In this document: one piece after another, positions 31,395 through 41,051 of the stretch
Position numbering within the stretch: position 1 is the stretch's first letter
Layout of the letters: each line of letters begins with the position of its first letter
DNA from: Nannocystis bainbridge
Lineage (GTDB): Bacteria; Myxococcota_A; Polyangia; Nannocystales; Nannocystaceae
Assembly (NCBI RefSeq): GCF_028368995.1
Contig: NZ_JAQNDL010000003.1
Coordinates: 1,216,001-1,280,000 of the forward strand
Direction of reading: 5' to 3'
Length of the DNA: 64,000 nucleotides
Translations under genes and position numbers: made by a program
The notes under the pieces: generated by a model
Seen by the model: the letters and a program-made list of their open reading frames with translations, nothing else
Database searches by the model: none
What the model was told of the DNA's origin: nothing

Positions 31395-32141
31395 ATGAGC
31401 ATTTCCAATTACATCGGACGAGTCCTCGGCGTGGCGCTGGCCCCGGCCGCGTTCGTCGCCAGCGCGCTCCGCCGCGACCGGATCTTCCACCCCGACGGCG
31501 TGCTCTACCGGGCCGAGGTCGAGCCCGCCGCGCAGCACGCCGCCCTCAGGCCGCTGGCCAAGCGGCTCGCCGGGGTCGCGCTCGTGCGCCTCTCGGGCGC
31601 GCTGTGGCGCTGGCCGCAAGGCCGCCGCCGGCCCGACCTGCTGGGCGTCAGCGTGCGGGTCCGCGGCAACGACGAGACCACCCTGCGCCGCCTGCCCGGC
31701 GACCAGGACCTCTCGTTCGTCACCGCGACCTCGCTCCTGCGCATGCCGATCGCCGCGCTCGCCACCGACACCGGTGATTACCTCGACAACTCCTATTATT
31801 CGCTCCTGCCCTACCGCCTCGAGGGGCTCGGCCAGGTCCGCCTGCGCCTCGTCTCGCTCCAGCCCGCCCCCGCGGGCGCCGACCGCAACCGGCGGCTCGA
31901 GCTCGCGGTCGCCAAGCGCAAGGCGATCTTCTGCCTGGAGCTGCAGGGCGAGGCGCTCGGCGACGACTGGCACCCGCTGGCGACCGTCGACCTGCGCGAC
32001 CGCCTCGAGGTCGACGAGGACGCGTTCGAGCTCGACCCCGGCTCCTCGGCGATGGGCCTCGTGCCCGACGGTCTGCTGCAGTCCGTGCGCGTCGAGGTCT
32101 ACGCCGCCAGCCAGGCCGGCCGCCGCCTCACCGACGGCTGA
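31395..32141 (+). CDS. Catalase-related fold protein
   Basis: RIFHPDG, ALVRLSG, PDLLG.SVR, QDL.F.T and YAASQ motifs, typical of small catalase-like proteins; GGAGG RBS. Confidence 0.65.
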   Translation: MSISNYIGRVLGVALAPAAFVASALRRDRIFHPDGVLYRAEVEPAAQHAALRPLAKRLAGVALVRLSGALWRWPQGRRRPDLLGVSVRVRGNDETTLRRLPGDQDLSFVTATSLLRMPIAALATDTGDYLDNSYYSLLPYRLEGLGQVRLRLVSLQPAPAGADRNRRLELAVAKRKAIFCLELQGEALGDDWHPLATVDLRDRLEVDEDAFELDPGSSAMGLVPDGLLQSVRVEVYAASQAGRRLTDG

Positions 32142-32158
32142 GCCCACGTCCGCGAACG

Positions 32159-33436
32159 CTACCCGCGTCGCCGCCGGCGCAGCAGGGTCAGCACGGCACA
32201 TAGCCCGAGGGACATGCCCCATGCGCCATGTCCCTCGGGACTCACGGCGCAGAAGCCCATGAACCCTTCGGTGTCGTCCAGCTCGGCGGGCTCGTACGGA
32301 TCGACGGTCGCCAGCTGCCCGAGCGCGCGGGCGTTGCCGGCGGCGTCGTGGGCGACCAGCGCGAACACGTGACCGGAGCCGGGGTCGAGCCCGGTGACGA
32401 GCACCGAGGTCTGGTCGGGCGCGATGAAGCCGCTGCACACCCGGCTCCAGTCGAGCCGCTGCATCTCCCGGCTGACGCACAGCTGACAGGTGTCGCTGCA
32501 CAGCCCGGCGTCGGAGTTCTGCGTGCCCTCGTCGCACTCCTCGCCCGCGTCGACGCGGCCGTCGCCGCAGAACGCCGGCATATCGCGGTCGACCTTGACC
32601 AGCGCCTGCGGCTCGCCCCCGCACACGCTGGCGACTGTGTACCAGCCCGTCCCGTCGGCCACCGCGTCGCGCGCGGGCGCGGGAAATTCAAGCTCCGCCG
32701 AGTACTGCCAGTCGGTCTCGCACAGCACACGAAAGCCGGCGATGTCACGCGCATCGGGCAGCTCCCACCGCAGCAGCACGCCGTCGGCCCGCGGCTCGGC
32801 CCGCAGCCCGTGCGGCAGCTGGTGCGGCGGCTCGAAGTCGTAGCGCAGCACCCCGGACTCCGCCGTCTCCGGATCGTACACAAAATCCTCCGCCTGACAG
32901 CCGGTGACCCCATTCGCCGCCGGGTCGCACAGCCACACCCCGCCCTCGCCCTCGCCCTCGCAGCCGCGCGCCAGCGTGGTGTACGGCGAGTCCGCGCGGC
33001 GCTGCGCCGATTCGACGTAGCTGCCCAGGAACGCCGGATGAAACAGCGCCGTGAAGCCGGTCCGGAACTTCGCCACCGGCTCCTCGAGCAGGATACTACA
33101 CAGCCCGTTGCGCCCCTCCGCGGCCTCGCGGCTGTCGCAGCGATTGCCGACAAACCCGAAGATCGTCCGCGTCGGATCGCCCGCCCCGCCGACGGTCGAG
33201 ACTTCGGCCTGGATCGGCGCACCGCACTCGCAGCGGGCCCGATTGAGCAGGCCCTGGCGGTCGGCGTCGTCGAGGGTCCTCAGGGCCGCGCCGTCCTCGT
33301 CGAGGATCGCGTAGCGCACGCGAGCGTCGAACGACACCTCGCTGGCCCCGGCGGAGCCGGTCGCCCCGAACACACAGATGCACGCCACCAGCGACGCGCC
33401 CGAGCGGCGCGCCCCACCACGAGGTTTTCGAAGCAT
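32159..33436 (-). CDS. Exported protein with FN3-like regions, Cys-rich repeat and degenerate MYXO-CTERM tail
   Basis: Signal peptide; CGDGRVDAGEECDEG; VTGLDPG..H.FALVA.D.AGN; TM followed by RRRRR. Confidence 0.75.
   Translation of the reverse strand: MLRKPRGGARRSGASLVACICVFGATGSAGASEVSFDARVRYAILDEDGAALRTLDDADRQGLLNRARCECGAPIQAEVSTVGGAGDPTRTIFGFVGNRCDSREAAEGRNGLCSILLEEPVAKFRTGFTALFHPAFLGSYVESAQRRADSPYTTLARGCEGEGEGGVWLCDPAANGVTGCQAEDFVYDPETAESGVLRYDFEPPHQLPHGLRAEPRADGVLLRWELPDARDIAGFRVLCETDWQYSAELEFPAPARDAVADGTGWYTVASVCGGEPQALVKVDRDMPAFCGDGRVDAGEECDEGTQNSDAGLCSDTCQLCVSREMQRLDWSRVCSGFIAPDQTSVLVTGLDPGSGHVFALVAHDAAGNARALGQLATVDPYEPAELDDTEGFMGFCAVSPEGHGAWGMSLGLCAVLTLLRRRRRG
32201..32242. repeat. 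14-bp palindromic array, 3 units, inside a CDS 3' end
   Basis: TAGCC-cgag-GGACA / TGCCC-catg-CGCCA / TGTCC-ctcg-GGACT. Confidence 0.7.
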
Positions 33437-33574
33437 GGCCCCTCCAACCACCCCGCTCCTGCGAATATTTCCCGCGCCGTCGCACCGACGTGCCGACGTC
33501 GCCAAGTCGCGCGCTTTCGTACCGATCGGCGCTCCGCCAATGATCGGTGTAACGATCGCCTCGAGGCACGTCTT

Positions 33575-34546
33575 CTATCTGCGAACCGGCCGCGCCGACG
33601 CCTGCATCGCGTACGCGATCCCGTGCTCGAGGCTCGGCAGCGTGCGCACGCCGCCGAACTCGACCCCGAGCTCGACGAGCGCGCTCGCTACCTCCGGCCC
33701 GATGCCCGTGAGCACCAGCTCCGCGCCGAGCAGCCGCACCGCGCGGCCGACGTCCGCCAGGGCCCGCGCCGCGACCTCGTCGACCTGCGGCACCCCGGTG
33801 ACGTCGAGCAACACGAACCCGGCCCGCCGCGCCTGCACGCCCTCGAGGATCGCCTCCAACAATCGACCGGCCCGGTCGCCGTCGAAATCACCGACCAGCG
33901 GGACCGCCACCACGCGCTCCGCGATCGGCACCAGCGGGGTCGAGAGCGCCAGCAGCGTCGCCCGCTGGGCCTCGATCACCTGCTGCTGCAGCGCCACGTG
34001 TTCGGCCGTCGCCACCTCGAGCTCGGCCGTCCGCTGGCGCACCCGCTCCTCGAGCTCGACGTTGAGGCGCAGCACCGCCTCGCGGTCGCGCCGCTGCTCG
34101 CTGATGCAGCGGACCACCTTGATGAGCCCGTCCTCGCCGACCCGGATCACCCGCGCCTCGTACCACTCGGTCGCGCCGTCCAGCTCGAGCGCGTACTCGA
34201 GGCGGGCCTTGCCCGCCGGCCCCGCCGCCTCCGCGAACGTCGCCTCGAACTGTGCCCCGATCTCCGCCGGCAGCACGTCCTGCATGCGCCTGCCGAGGAA
34301 CGCCTCCGGCCCCACGTACATCGGCGTCGACGGGCTTGCCAGATAATGGGTGATCGTGCCGTCGAGGCGCATCTGGAAGAACAGGTCGGGCACCCCGCGG
34401 TAGATGTTCTCGAGCGCCGTCGCCAGCTTCAGCCGCTCCGCGTGCGCGCGCTGCACCTCTTGCGCCGCGCGCTCGAGCCGGGCGACCCGGCCGCGGAGCT
34501 CCTCGTTCTCGGCCCGCAGGTCGGCGTCGGTCGGTGCCTCTTCCAT
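33575..34546 (-). CDS. PAS plus STAS domain protein (RsbR-like)
   Basis: PAS region, coiled coil, then LSTPLVPI..PLVGDFDGDRA..LDVTGVPQVD..LLGAELVLTGI. Confidence 0.9.
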   Translation of the reverse strand: MEEAPTDADLRAENEELRGRVARLERAAQEVQRAHAERLKLATALENIYRGVPDLFFQMRLDGTITHYLASPSTPMYVGPEAFLGRRMQDVLPAEIGAQFEATFAEAAGPAGKARLEYALELDGATEWYEARVIRVGEDGLIKVVRCISEQRRDREAVLRLNVELEERVRQRTAELEVATAEHVALQQQVIEAQRATLLALSTPLVPIAERVVAVPLVGDFDGDRAGRLLEAILEGVQARRAGFVLLDVTGVPQVDEVAARALADVGRAVRLLGAELVLTGIGPEVASALVELGVEFGGVRTLPSLEHGIAYAMQASARPVRR

Positions 34547-34989
34547 GGTTGCACCGCGACGATAACCGACCCCCCGGTCCGCCGTTGCGACCCCCCGTTG
34601 CGCGAAGTCACCCCCCGCGCGGGCCCTCCCGAGCCTGCACCCGCAGGCACGCCCGCGCCCGCCCGGGAATGCGAGCAATCCGGGCCAAGGGGACCTCCAG
34701 GCCGGCTTCACGGGCGTCCCCACCGCCGCCGCGCACCCGTCTCCGCGGGATCACGGCGCGACTGGCCGCTGCGACTCCTATCATCACACTCCTGGGACTG
34801 ACTCGATTGGCGAGCGCGCCAGCGCGCCGGCAATGTCAGCACCACCGCGCGCGGAATTCATCGTCCACCATGCAGCGCGCGCAGATGCCCTCGGCATCTC
34901 GCCCACGGGCCTGCCGGCCCTCGGCAAAACTCCCGACCCGCCGCCGCGCGCGTCCCGACCTGCGCACATGCGCGTGATAGCGTCGTCCG

Positions 34990-37098
34990 GTGCCACGCCT
35001 GTCGCCGCTCCAGCGCTCGCTCCTCTTGCCGGTGCTCGTCGCGCTCGGCTGCCCGCAGGGCGGCGACGTCGCCACCGACGCCGACCCTGGCGCCACCGCC
35101 GACGCCAGCACCGGCGCCACCGCCGGCACCGGCGCCCCGACCACCGGCGACACCGGCCCGGGCCCCACCTCGAGCGGCACCGATCCCACCGGTGACACCG
35201 GCGACACCGGCGACACCGGCGAGCCTCCTGGCGAGCCGTCCGGCAACGCGCTCGACCAGAACCTCCTGTTCACCTGCGACGATCGCCCTGCCTTGCCGCC
35301 GGCCGACCTGCGGCTGCTCGACCGCCAGGAGTGGACCCGCAGCGTCGGCAGCTGGACCGGCACCAACCTCGCCAACAATCCGCTGTATCCGCGGGCCTCC
35401 CACCGCTATTCGACCTACAGCGACGGCGAGGCGCTCGACCCCAGCGTGCTCTCGCTCTACCTCGACGTCGTCGGCGGCGCCGGCACCGCGTGGGCCATCG
35501 GCAAGTGGGATGCCGGCCGCGTGCGCACGGTGATCGAGGACCCCGAGTGTCAGTGCTTCCTCAACGACGCCGCCCCCTCGCCCGAGTGCGTCGATTACTT
35601 CGTCCGCCGCTACCTCGAATACGGAGCGGTGTACCGCCCCGCCGGTGACGAGCAGGCGGCCGCGCTGCGCGAGTTCGCCGACACCGTGCTCGCGGGCGAG
35701 GCCGACGTCGCCCAGCGGCCGGCCACCATCAAGCGGATCGCCGCCGCCGCGTGGATGACCACCGCCGCGCTGTATCGGCCCGAGCTCGGCGCCGGCGAGC
35801 CCGACGAGCACGGGCGCCTGCGGCTCGGCGACTGGGAGCTCGCGCAGGCGATCGCCTACGCCCTCACGCGGGCGCCCGCCGGGACCCCGAGCGTCAATCG
35901 CTACTACGAGGCCGGCTACACCAAGGGCGACGTCGATGGTGACCTCGGCGACTTCCTCGACGCCGCCGCCGACGGCACGATCCAGGACCCCGAGGTCGTC
36001 GCCGCGCTGGTCCGCGCCCACTTCGGCGGCCTCGACGAGGAGCGCCGCGACCTCCTGTTCGAGGACCGCGACGCCCGGTGGTGGGAGAACCAGGGCGAGT
36101 ACTGGATGGCCACCGGCGTGCGCGCCTTCTTCCGCGAATGGCTCGACTACGCCGGCCTCGCCGACAAGCCGCCGAAGGTCGAGACCGCCAAGACCTCCGC
36201 CTGGTGGGAGGTCGGCACCACCGAGCTCAGTTACCAAAACACCGTCTCCGGCATCTACGGCACCGAGAACACCCTCGTCACCCAGCTCGACGACATGATC
36301 GCCCGCATCGTCGCCGCCGACCAGGACGTGTTCGCCCAGCTGCTGACCTCGCGCCTGTTCTACACCCCCGCCAACGCCGGCTATCAGGAGGGCGAGAGCT
36401 CCATCTCCAATTCGACCGCCGACTCGCCCCGCGTCTACGGCGTCGCGGGCATCACCGCGCAGACCCGCGAGGCCCGCTGGAAGCAGCTGCCCGAGAACGA
36501 GCGCGCCGGCGTGCTCACCCACCCGGCGTGGCTCGGCGCGCACTCGCTGTCGTTCGAGAACGACCCCAACCTGGTCCATCGCGGCAAGTGGATCCGCGAA
36601 GAGCTGCTGTGCCAGAACATCCCCGACCTGCCGCTCAACGTCGACGCCATGCTGTCCGAGGCGTCGCGCGAGCAGTCGGCGCGCCAGCGGATCTCCGAGC
36701 AGATCGACGCGGACCCGTACTGCGCCGGTTGCCACCAGATGATGAACCCGCTCGGCTATCCGTTCGAGATCTACAACCACGCCGGCTTCCTCCGCATCGA
36801 GGATCACGGCGCCGCGCCGAACGGCACCAGCGTGCTCGCCAACATGCCCGCGCCCGAGCTCGACGGCCCGGTGACCAGCGCGATCGACATGAGCGTGCGC
36901 TTCGCCGGCTCCAAGTACGCCAAGCGCTGCTTCGTGCGCCAGGCCTTCCGCTTCTTCGCCGGCCGCGAGGAGACGATGCACGACGGCTGCACCCTCGTGG
37001 CCATGGAGACCGCCTACGACGACAGCGACGGCTCGTTCGCCGAATTGCTGATCGCCCTCTTCAACAGCGACAGCTTCCAGACCCGCGTGCCCGAGTGA
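34990..37098 (+). CDS. DUF1592/DUF1588/DUF1585-type lipoprotein with CxxCH
   Basis: ALGC lipobox; ERAGVLTHPAWL, HRGKWIREELLC, CAGCHQMMNPLG. Confidence 0.88.
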   Translation: MPRLSPLQRSLLLPVLVALGCPQGGDVATDADPGATADASTGATAGTGAPTTGDTGPGPTSSGTDPTGDTGDTGDTGEPPGEPSGNALDQNLLFTCDDRPALPPADLRLLDRQEWTRSVGSWTGTNLANNPLYPRASHRYSTYSDGEALDPSVLSLYLDVVGGAGTAWAIGKWDAGRVRTVIEDPECQCFLNDAAPSPECVDYFVRRYLEYGAVYRPAGDEQAAALREFADTVLAGEADVAQRPATIKRIAAAAWMTTAALYRPELGAGEPDEHGRLRLGDWELAQAIAYALTRAPAGTPSVNRYYEAGYTKGDVDGDLGDFLDAAADGTIQDPEVVAALVRAHFGGLDEERRDLLFEDRDARWWENQGEYWMATGVRAFFREWLDYAGLADKPPKVETAKTSAWWEVGTTELSYQNTVSGIYGTENTLVTQLDDMIARIVAADQDVFAQLLTSRLFYTPANAGYQEGESSISNSTADSPRVYGVAGITAQTREARWKQLPENERAGVLTHPAWLGAHSLSFENDPNLVHRGKWIREELLCQNIPDLPLNVDAMLSEASREQSARQRISEQIDADPYCAGCHQMMNPLGYPFEIYNHAGFLRIEDHGAAPNGTSVLANMPAPELDGPVTSAIDMSVRFAGSKYAKRCFVRQAFRFFAGREETMHDGCTLVAMETAYDDSDGSFAELLIALFNSDSFQTRVPE

Positions 37099-37124
37099 GC
37101 GGCGACGCCGACCGGAGACCCATC

Positions 37125-38570
37125 ATGTTCACGCGTCGTAATTTCCTCACCACCGCGGGCCTCTTGACCGGCGCCGGCCTGTTCGGCGGCGCCGCCCTGA
37201 CCGGCCGCCCCACCCGCGCCGCCGACGGCGACCCGCGCCGGATCGTCATCTTCCTCGAGGGCAACGGCATCCGCCCCGAGTGCGTGCGCGACCCACTGAC
37301 GCTCGAGACCCTCGAGGGTTACGCCGGCAAGCCGATCGAGAGCAACCGCGACTACGGCCACGACGATCCGGTCCTCGTGTCCGCGGCCCCGCTCGCCGAG
37401 GCGCGCTCGCTCGCCGCGCTGGCCGCCAAGGACGACGACATCTCGCTGGTCGAGCGCGCCTGCCTGGTGCTCGGATTGTCGGGCACCTACCTGGGCGGCG
37501 GCCACTCCACCGATTTCGGGGCCCTGAGCGCCTCGCAGGCCGCCGGCGGACCCGCCGGGCCGACCATCGAGACCGTGCTCTCGGCCATCCCCGAGGTCCG
37601 CGGCAACACCCCGTTCGACGCCATTCGCATCGGCGTCGGCGCCGCCACGACCCCGCTCAATTATTCCAGCTGCGCCTTCGATGCCGGCAAGCCGGCCCCG
37701 CTGCTGCTCAGTCCCGCCGCCTCGTTCGCCTCGCTGTTCGGCTCGGTCGCCTCCGGCGAGGCCGGCGAGGAGTTCGAGAGCCGCAAGCAGCTGCTGGAGT
37801 TCGCGCTCGAGGACGTCATGCGCGAGCTCAAAGGCTTCGGCGGCTCGAAGCGCGGGCGCGACAAGCTCGAGACCTACGAGGCCTCGCTGCTGACGATGCT
37901 GGCCCGCAACGACCAGATCCTCGGCATGAAGGGCGCGCTGCAGGCCAACAAGCCGCTCGGTCCCGGCGAGTCCGACCCCGACCCCTACGCCTCGGGCGAC
38001 CCGCTCGAGCAGCTGCGCCTGCAAGCCGACATCGCCACCGCCTCGCTGCTGTCCGGTCTCACCAATGTCGCAGTGGTCTCGTTCGGCGCCGGCAGCTACT
38101 ACTGGTCGCTGGAATACCCCAGCCTGTCCGATTTCTACCCCTCCAAACAAGTGATCGGCGGCCACGACCTGCGCCACGGCGAGAGCCCCGCGTTCTACGA
38201 GACCCTGCACGAGGTCACCAGCCGCGGGATCGGCGAGATGGCGCGCATGGCTCGGGCCCTCGCCGCCCGCCCCGAGCAGGGCGGCACCATGCTCGACAAC
38301 ACCCTGCTCCTCTACATGTCCGACAACGGCGAGAAGCACCACTCGAACGCCGAGGAGTGGGCCATGCTCATGCTCGGCGGCAACAACATGGGCTTCAAGA
38401 CCGACGGCCGCAGCGTCACCTATCCGAAGAGCGGCCACGAGAACAATCGTCAGACCTCCAACCTCTTCAACTCGCTGCTCCACGGCGCCGGCCTGCCCAC
38501 CGACGATTTCGGCCACAGCAACCCGGTCACGCGCATCGCCGAGGGCCCGCTCGCCGAGGTGTGGAGCTGA
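37125..38570 (+). CDS. DUF1552 family protein (Tat signal)
   Basis: TRRNFL Tat motif, GGGH, HDLRH, GTMLDNTL and H...W.MLGG; typical partner of DUF1592 proteins. Confidence 0.88.
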   Translation: MFTRRNFLTTAGLLTGAGLFGGAALTGRPTRAADGDPRRIVIFLEGNGIRPECVRDPLTLETLEGYAGKPIESNRDYGHDDPVLVSAAPLAEARSLAALAAKDDDISLVERACLVLGLSGTYLGGGHSTDFGALSASQAAGGPAGPTIETVLSAIPEVRGNTPFDAIRIGVGAATTPLNYSSCAFDAGKPAPLLLSPAASFASLFGSVASGEAGEEFESRKQLLEFALEDVMRELKGFGGSKRGRDKLETYEASLLTMLARNDQILGMKGALQANKPLGPGESDPDPYASGDPLEQLRLQADIATASLLSGLTNVAVVSFGAGSYYWSLEYPSLSDFYPSKQVIGGHDLRHGESPAFYETLHEVTSRGIGEMARMARALAARPEQGGTMLDNTLLLYMSDNGEKHHSNAEEWAMLMLGGNNMGFKTDGRSVTYPKSGHENNRQTSNLFNSLLHGAGLPTDDFGHSNPVTRIAEGPLAEVWS

Positions 38571-38655
38571 CCCCGCGCGCCGTCCGTCATCGCGCGCGAT
38601 CCCGGCGGCGTCGCCCGCTTGTCCGCCGCCGGAGCTTCCGCCACCATCGCCCGCG

Positions 38656-39360
38656 GTGCCACGGATCCTCCACGACCTCGCTTGCCTCGACGACCGCCGC
38701 CTGAGCCCGTACTGCTGGCGCAGCAAGTACGCGCTGGCCCACAAGGGCCTCGAGTTCGAGGCGCGCCCCCACGGCTTCCTCGACATCCAGCAGCTCTACG
38801 GCGGCGCGCACCGGACCTTGCCGATCCTCGACGACGACGGCCGCGTCGTGCACGACTCGTGGGCCATCGCCGACTTCCTCGACACCCACTACCCCGATCG
38901 CCCGCCCCTGTTCTCCGGGCCAGCCGAGCGCGCCCTGTGTCGATTCACCGAGGCGTGGCTGTTCGGCGCCCTCGCGCCGCTGCTGCTGCCGATGCTCGCG
39001 CTCGACATCCACGACCACGCGCACCCGAGCGATCGCGCGTACTTCCGCGAGAGCCGCGAGAAGCGGCTCGGTCGTAGCCTCGAGGCCGCAGCTGCGGGCC
39101 GCGAGGAGCAGCTGAGTGAGCTGCGCGCGGCCCTGAGCCCGCTGCGCCTCACCTTCACCGCCCAGGGCCAACAATTTCTCTCGGGCGATCGGGCGGGGTA
39201 CGCCGACTACATCGCCGCCGGCATCTTCTTGTGGGCAGCGTCGGTGACCACGCTGCCGCTGCTCGAGCGCGACGATCCCGTCGTCGCATGGTTCGAGCGC
39301 ATGCGCGACCTGCACGACGGACTCGGCCGCACCGCGCCGATGTATGCAATTGCGGCGTGA
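38656..39360 (+). CDS. Glutathione S-transferase family protein (LigE/beta-etherase-like)
   Basis: SPYCWRSKYALAHKGL, DSWAIADFLD.YP, YFRESREKR and FL.G....YADY. Confidence 0.88.
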   Translation: MPRILHDLACLDDRRLSPYCWRSKYALAHKGLEFEARPHGFLDIQQLYGGAHRTLPILDDDGRVVHDSWAIADFLDTHYPDRPPLFSGPAERALCRFTEAWLFGALAPLLLPMLALDIHDHAHPSDRAYFRESREKRLGRSLEAAAAGREEQLSELRAALSPLRLTFTAQGQQFLSGDRAGYADYIAAGIFLWAASVTTLPLLERDDPVVAWFERMRDLHDGLGRTAPMYAIAA

Positions 39361-39442
39361 CGATCGCACTGCGAAGAGCTCGGTGAGACCACGACGATCC
39401 GCGCGCGCGCCCGTGCCCGATCGTCTCTGGCATATTCGCCGC

Positions 39443-40579
39443 ATGCCAGGCACGCGATCGATCTGCGCGGCGTTGGTGCTCGCCGCGTGCAGCAGTGAGC
39501 CCGTCGACACCGCCACCGACACGACCTCGACCACGTCGACCACCTCGACCACGGCGGACACCGCCGACACCACGTCGACCACGGCCACGGACGACACCAC
39601 CTCCACCTCGTCTTCGACCTCGACCTCGACCGGGCCGACGACCACCGTCGAGCCGACGACCACCGGCACCACCACCGTCGACGACACCACGACGACCACC
39701 GGCACCACCACCGAGGCCATGCCGAGCGGGCCCGACGTCGACGTGTCCGACCCGAAGCTCCACGAGTTCTCGTTCAAGGCCGACGAGGCCGACCCCGCGG
39801 CCGCGCTGGCGCTCGGCAACCAGCTGGCCCAGCTCGACACCAGCGCGCCGCTGCAGGGCCGCCTGGTCGTCTACCTCCACGGCGCCGATCAGCCGAGCAC
39901 CTGCGGCTCGCAGGCCCACGGGGTCGAGCTCGCGCGCATGGGCTTCCACGTGATCCACCCGTGCTACGTCGCCAACTACGGCGTCGGCAACTGCGGCGAC
40001 GACATCGGCGGCTGCCGGCTCGAGGCGTTCGAGGGCGTCGATCACCACCCGTTCATCGACATCCCGCCGGCCGACAGCATCGAGACGCGCGTGGTCAAGA
40101 TGCTGGAGCACCTGCAAGCATTGCACCCGGGCGGCGATTGGCAGTACTTCATCGAGGACGGCCTGCCGCGCTGGTCGGAGATCGTGATCTCGGGGATCTC
40201 CCACGGCGCGAGCAGCTCGGGGGTGATCGGGATGAACCGCACGGTCGAGCGCGTGGTGATGCTCTCGGGCCCGCTCGACAGCAATCAGGCGTGGCTGAAG
40301 GCTGACCCGCTGACCCCGATCGACCGCTTCTGGGGCTTCACCCACACCGGCGACGACCAGCACCCCGGCCATTTGAAGAGCTTCGCCGACATGCTGGTGC
40401 CCGGCGAACCATTCGTCGTCGACGGCGCCGAGCCGCCCTACATGGATTCGCACCGCCTCGTCACCTCGGCCCCGACCGACAACGGCCACGTCTCGACCCA
40501 GGCCGGCAGCGCCTCGCCCAAGGAGGCCGACGCCTACGTGTTCACGCCGGTGTGGCGCGCCATGTACGGCGCCGAGTGA
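39443..40579 (+). CDS. Lipoprotein with alpha/beta-hydrolase-like domain (BPSS1187-like)
   Basis: LAAC lipobox, Thr stalk, LVVYLHG, GISHG nucleophile elbow, RVVMLSGP. Confidence 0.75.
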   Translation: MPGTRSICAALVLAACSSEPVDTATDTTSTTSTTSTTADTADTTSTTATDDTTSTSSSTSTSTGPTTTVEPTTTGTTTVDDTTTTTGTTTEAMPSGPDVDVSDPKLHEFSFKADEADPAAALALGNQLAQLDTSAPLQGRLVVYLHGADQPSTCGSQAHGVELARMGFHVIHPCYVANYGVGNCGDDIGGCRLEAFEGVDHHPFIDIPPADSIETRVVKMLEHLQALHPGGDWQYFIEDGLPRWSEIVISGISHGASSSGVIGMNRTVERVVMLSGPLDSNQAWLKADPLTPIDRFWGFTHTGDDQHPGHLKSFADMLVPGEPFVVDGAEPPYMDSHRLVTSAPTDNGHVSTQAGSASPKEADAYVFTPVWRAMYGAE

Positions 40580-40859
40580 GCCCGCCCGCGTCCGCCTATC
40601 ATCCTGACCATGATCCCGCGGACCTGCGCAGCCGGGCTCCGCGAAGCGGTCGCTCCCGAGGTCGAAGCTGCGCGACGCCTTTCGCAGGTGCATCGCCCTC
40701 GCACGCGCGAAGCTCTCGCCCGCCGCGCGACCCTCGCCCGTGCGCGGCCCTCGCTGGTCGCGAGGCCCGACTCGACGCCGAAGATCTCGACTCGCGCGCG
40801 TCATCGACCCCGCGACGTCCACCGCGAGCCGTGCACGCCCGAGCTCGCTCTCATCTGCC

Positions 40860-40894
40860 TGTCCCCGAGGACATGTTATCTGTTCTTCAGGACA
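40860..40894. repeat. Two palindromic units, 21 bp apart
   Basis: TGTCC-ccga-GGACA-tgttatc-TGTTC-ttca-GGACA. Confidence 0.8.
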
Positions 40895-41051
40895 TCTCAC
40901 GCGCGCGGACCCCGTCCTGCGCGCTCGGCACAGGGGGCCGCGAGCGCCTCGGCCGCGGCCTCCAGGACCCGTTTCGTCGACTCTCACGAATGGCGACGTC
41001 CTTGACGTCGGCGCCGCGGACGGGCACACGAACGGGCCGGAGATTCTTGGC

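Noticed and set aside
34858-36981. Long antisense or alternate-frame ORFs (also 51-1745, 13550-15922, 49952-52562, 56957-59365 and others)
   Set aside because: These are expected in very high-GC DNA. They are Arg/Ala/Gly-rich, lack motifs and overlap well-supported genes.
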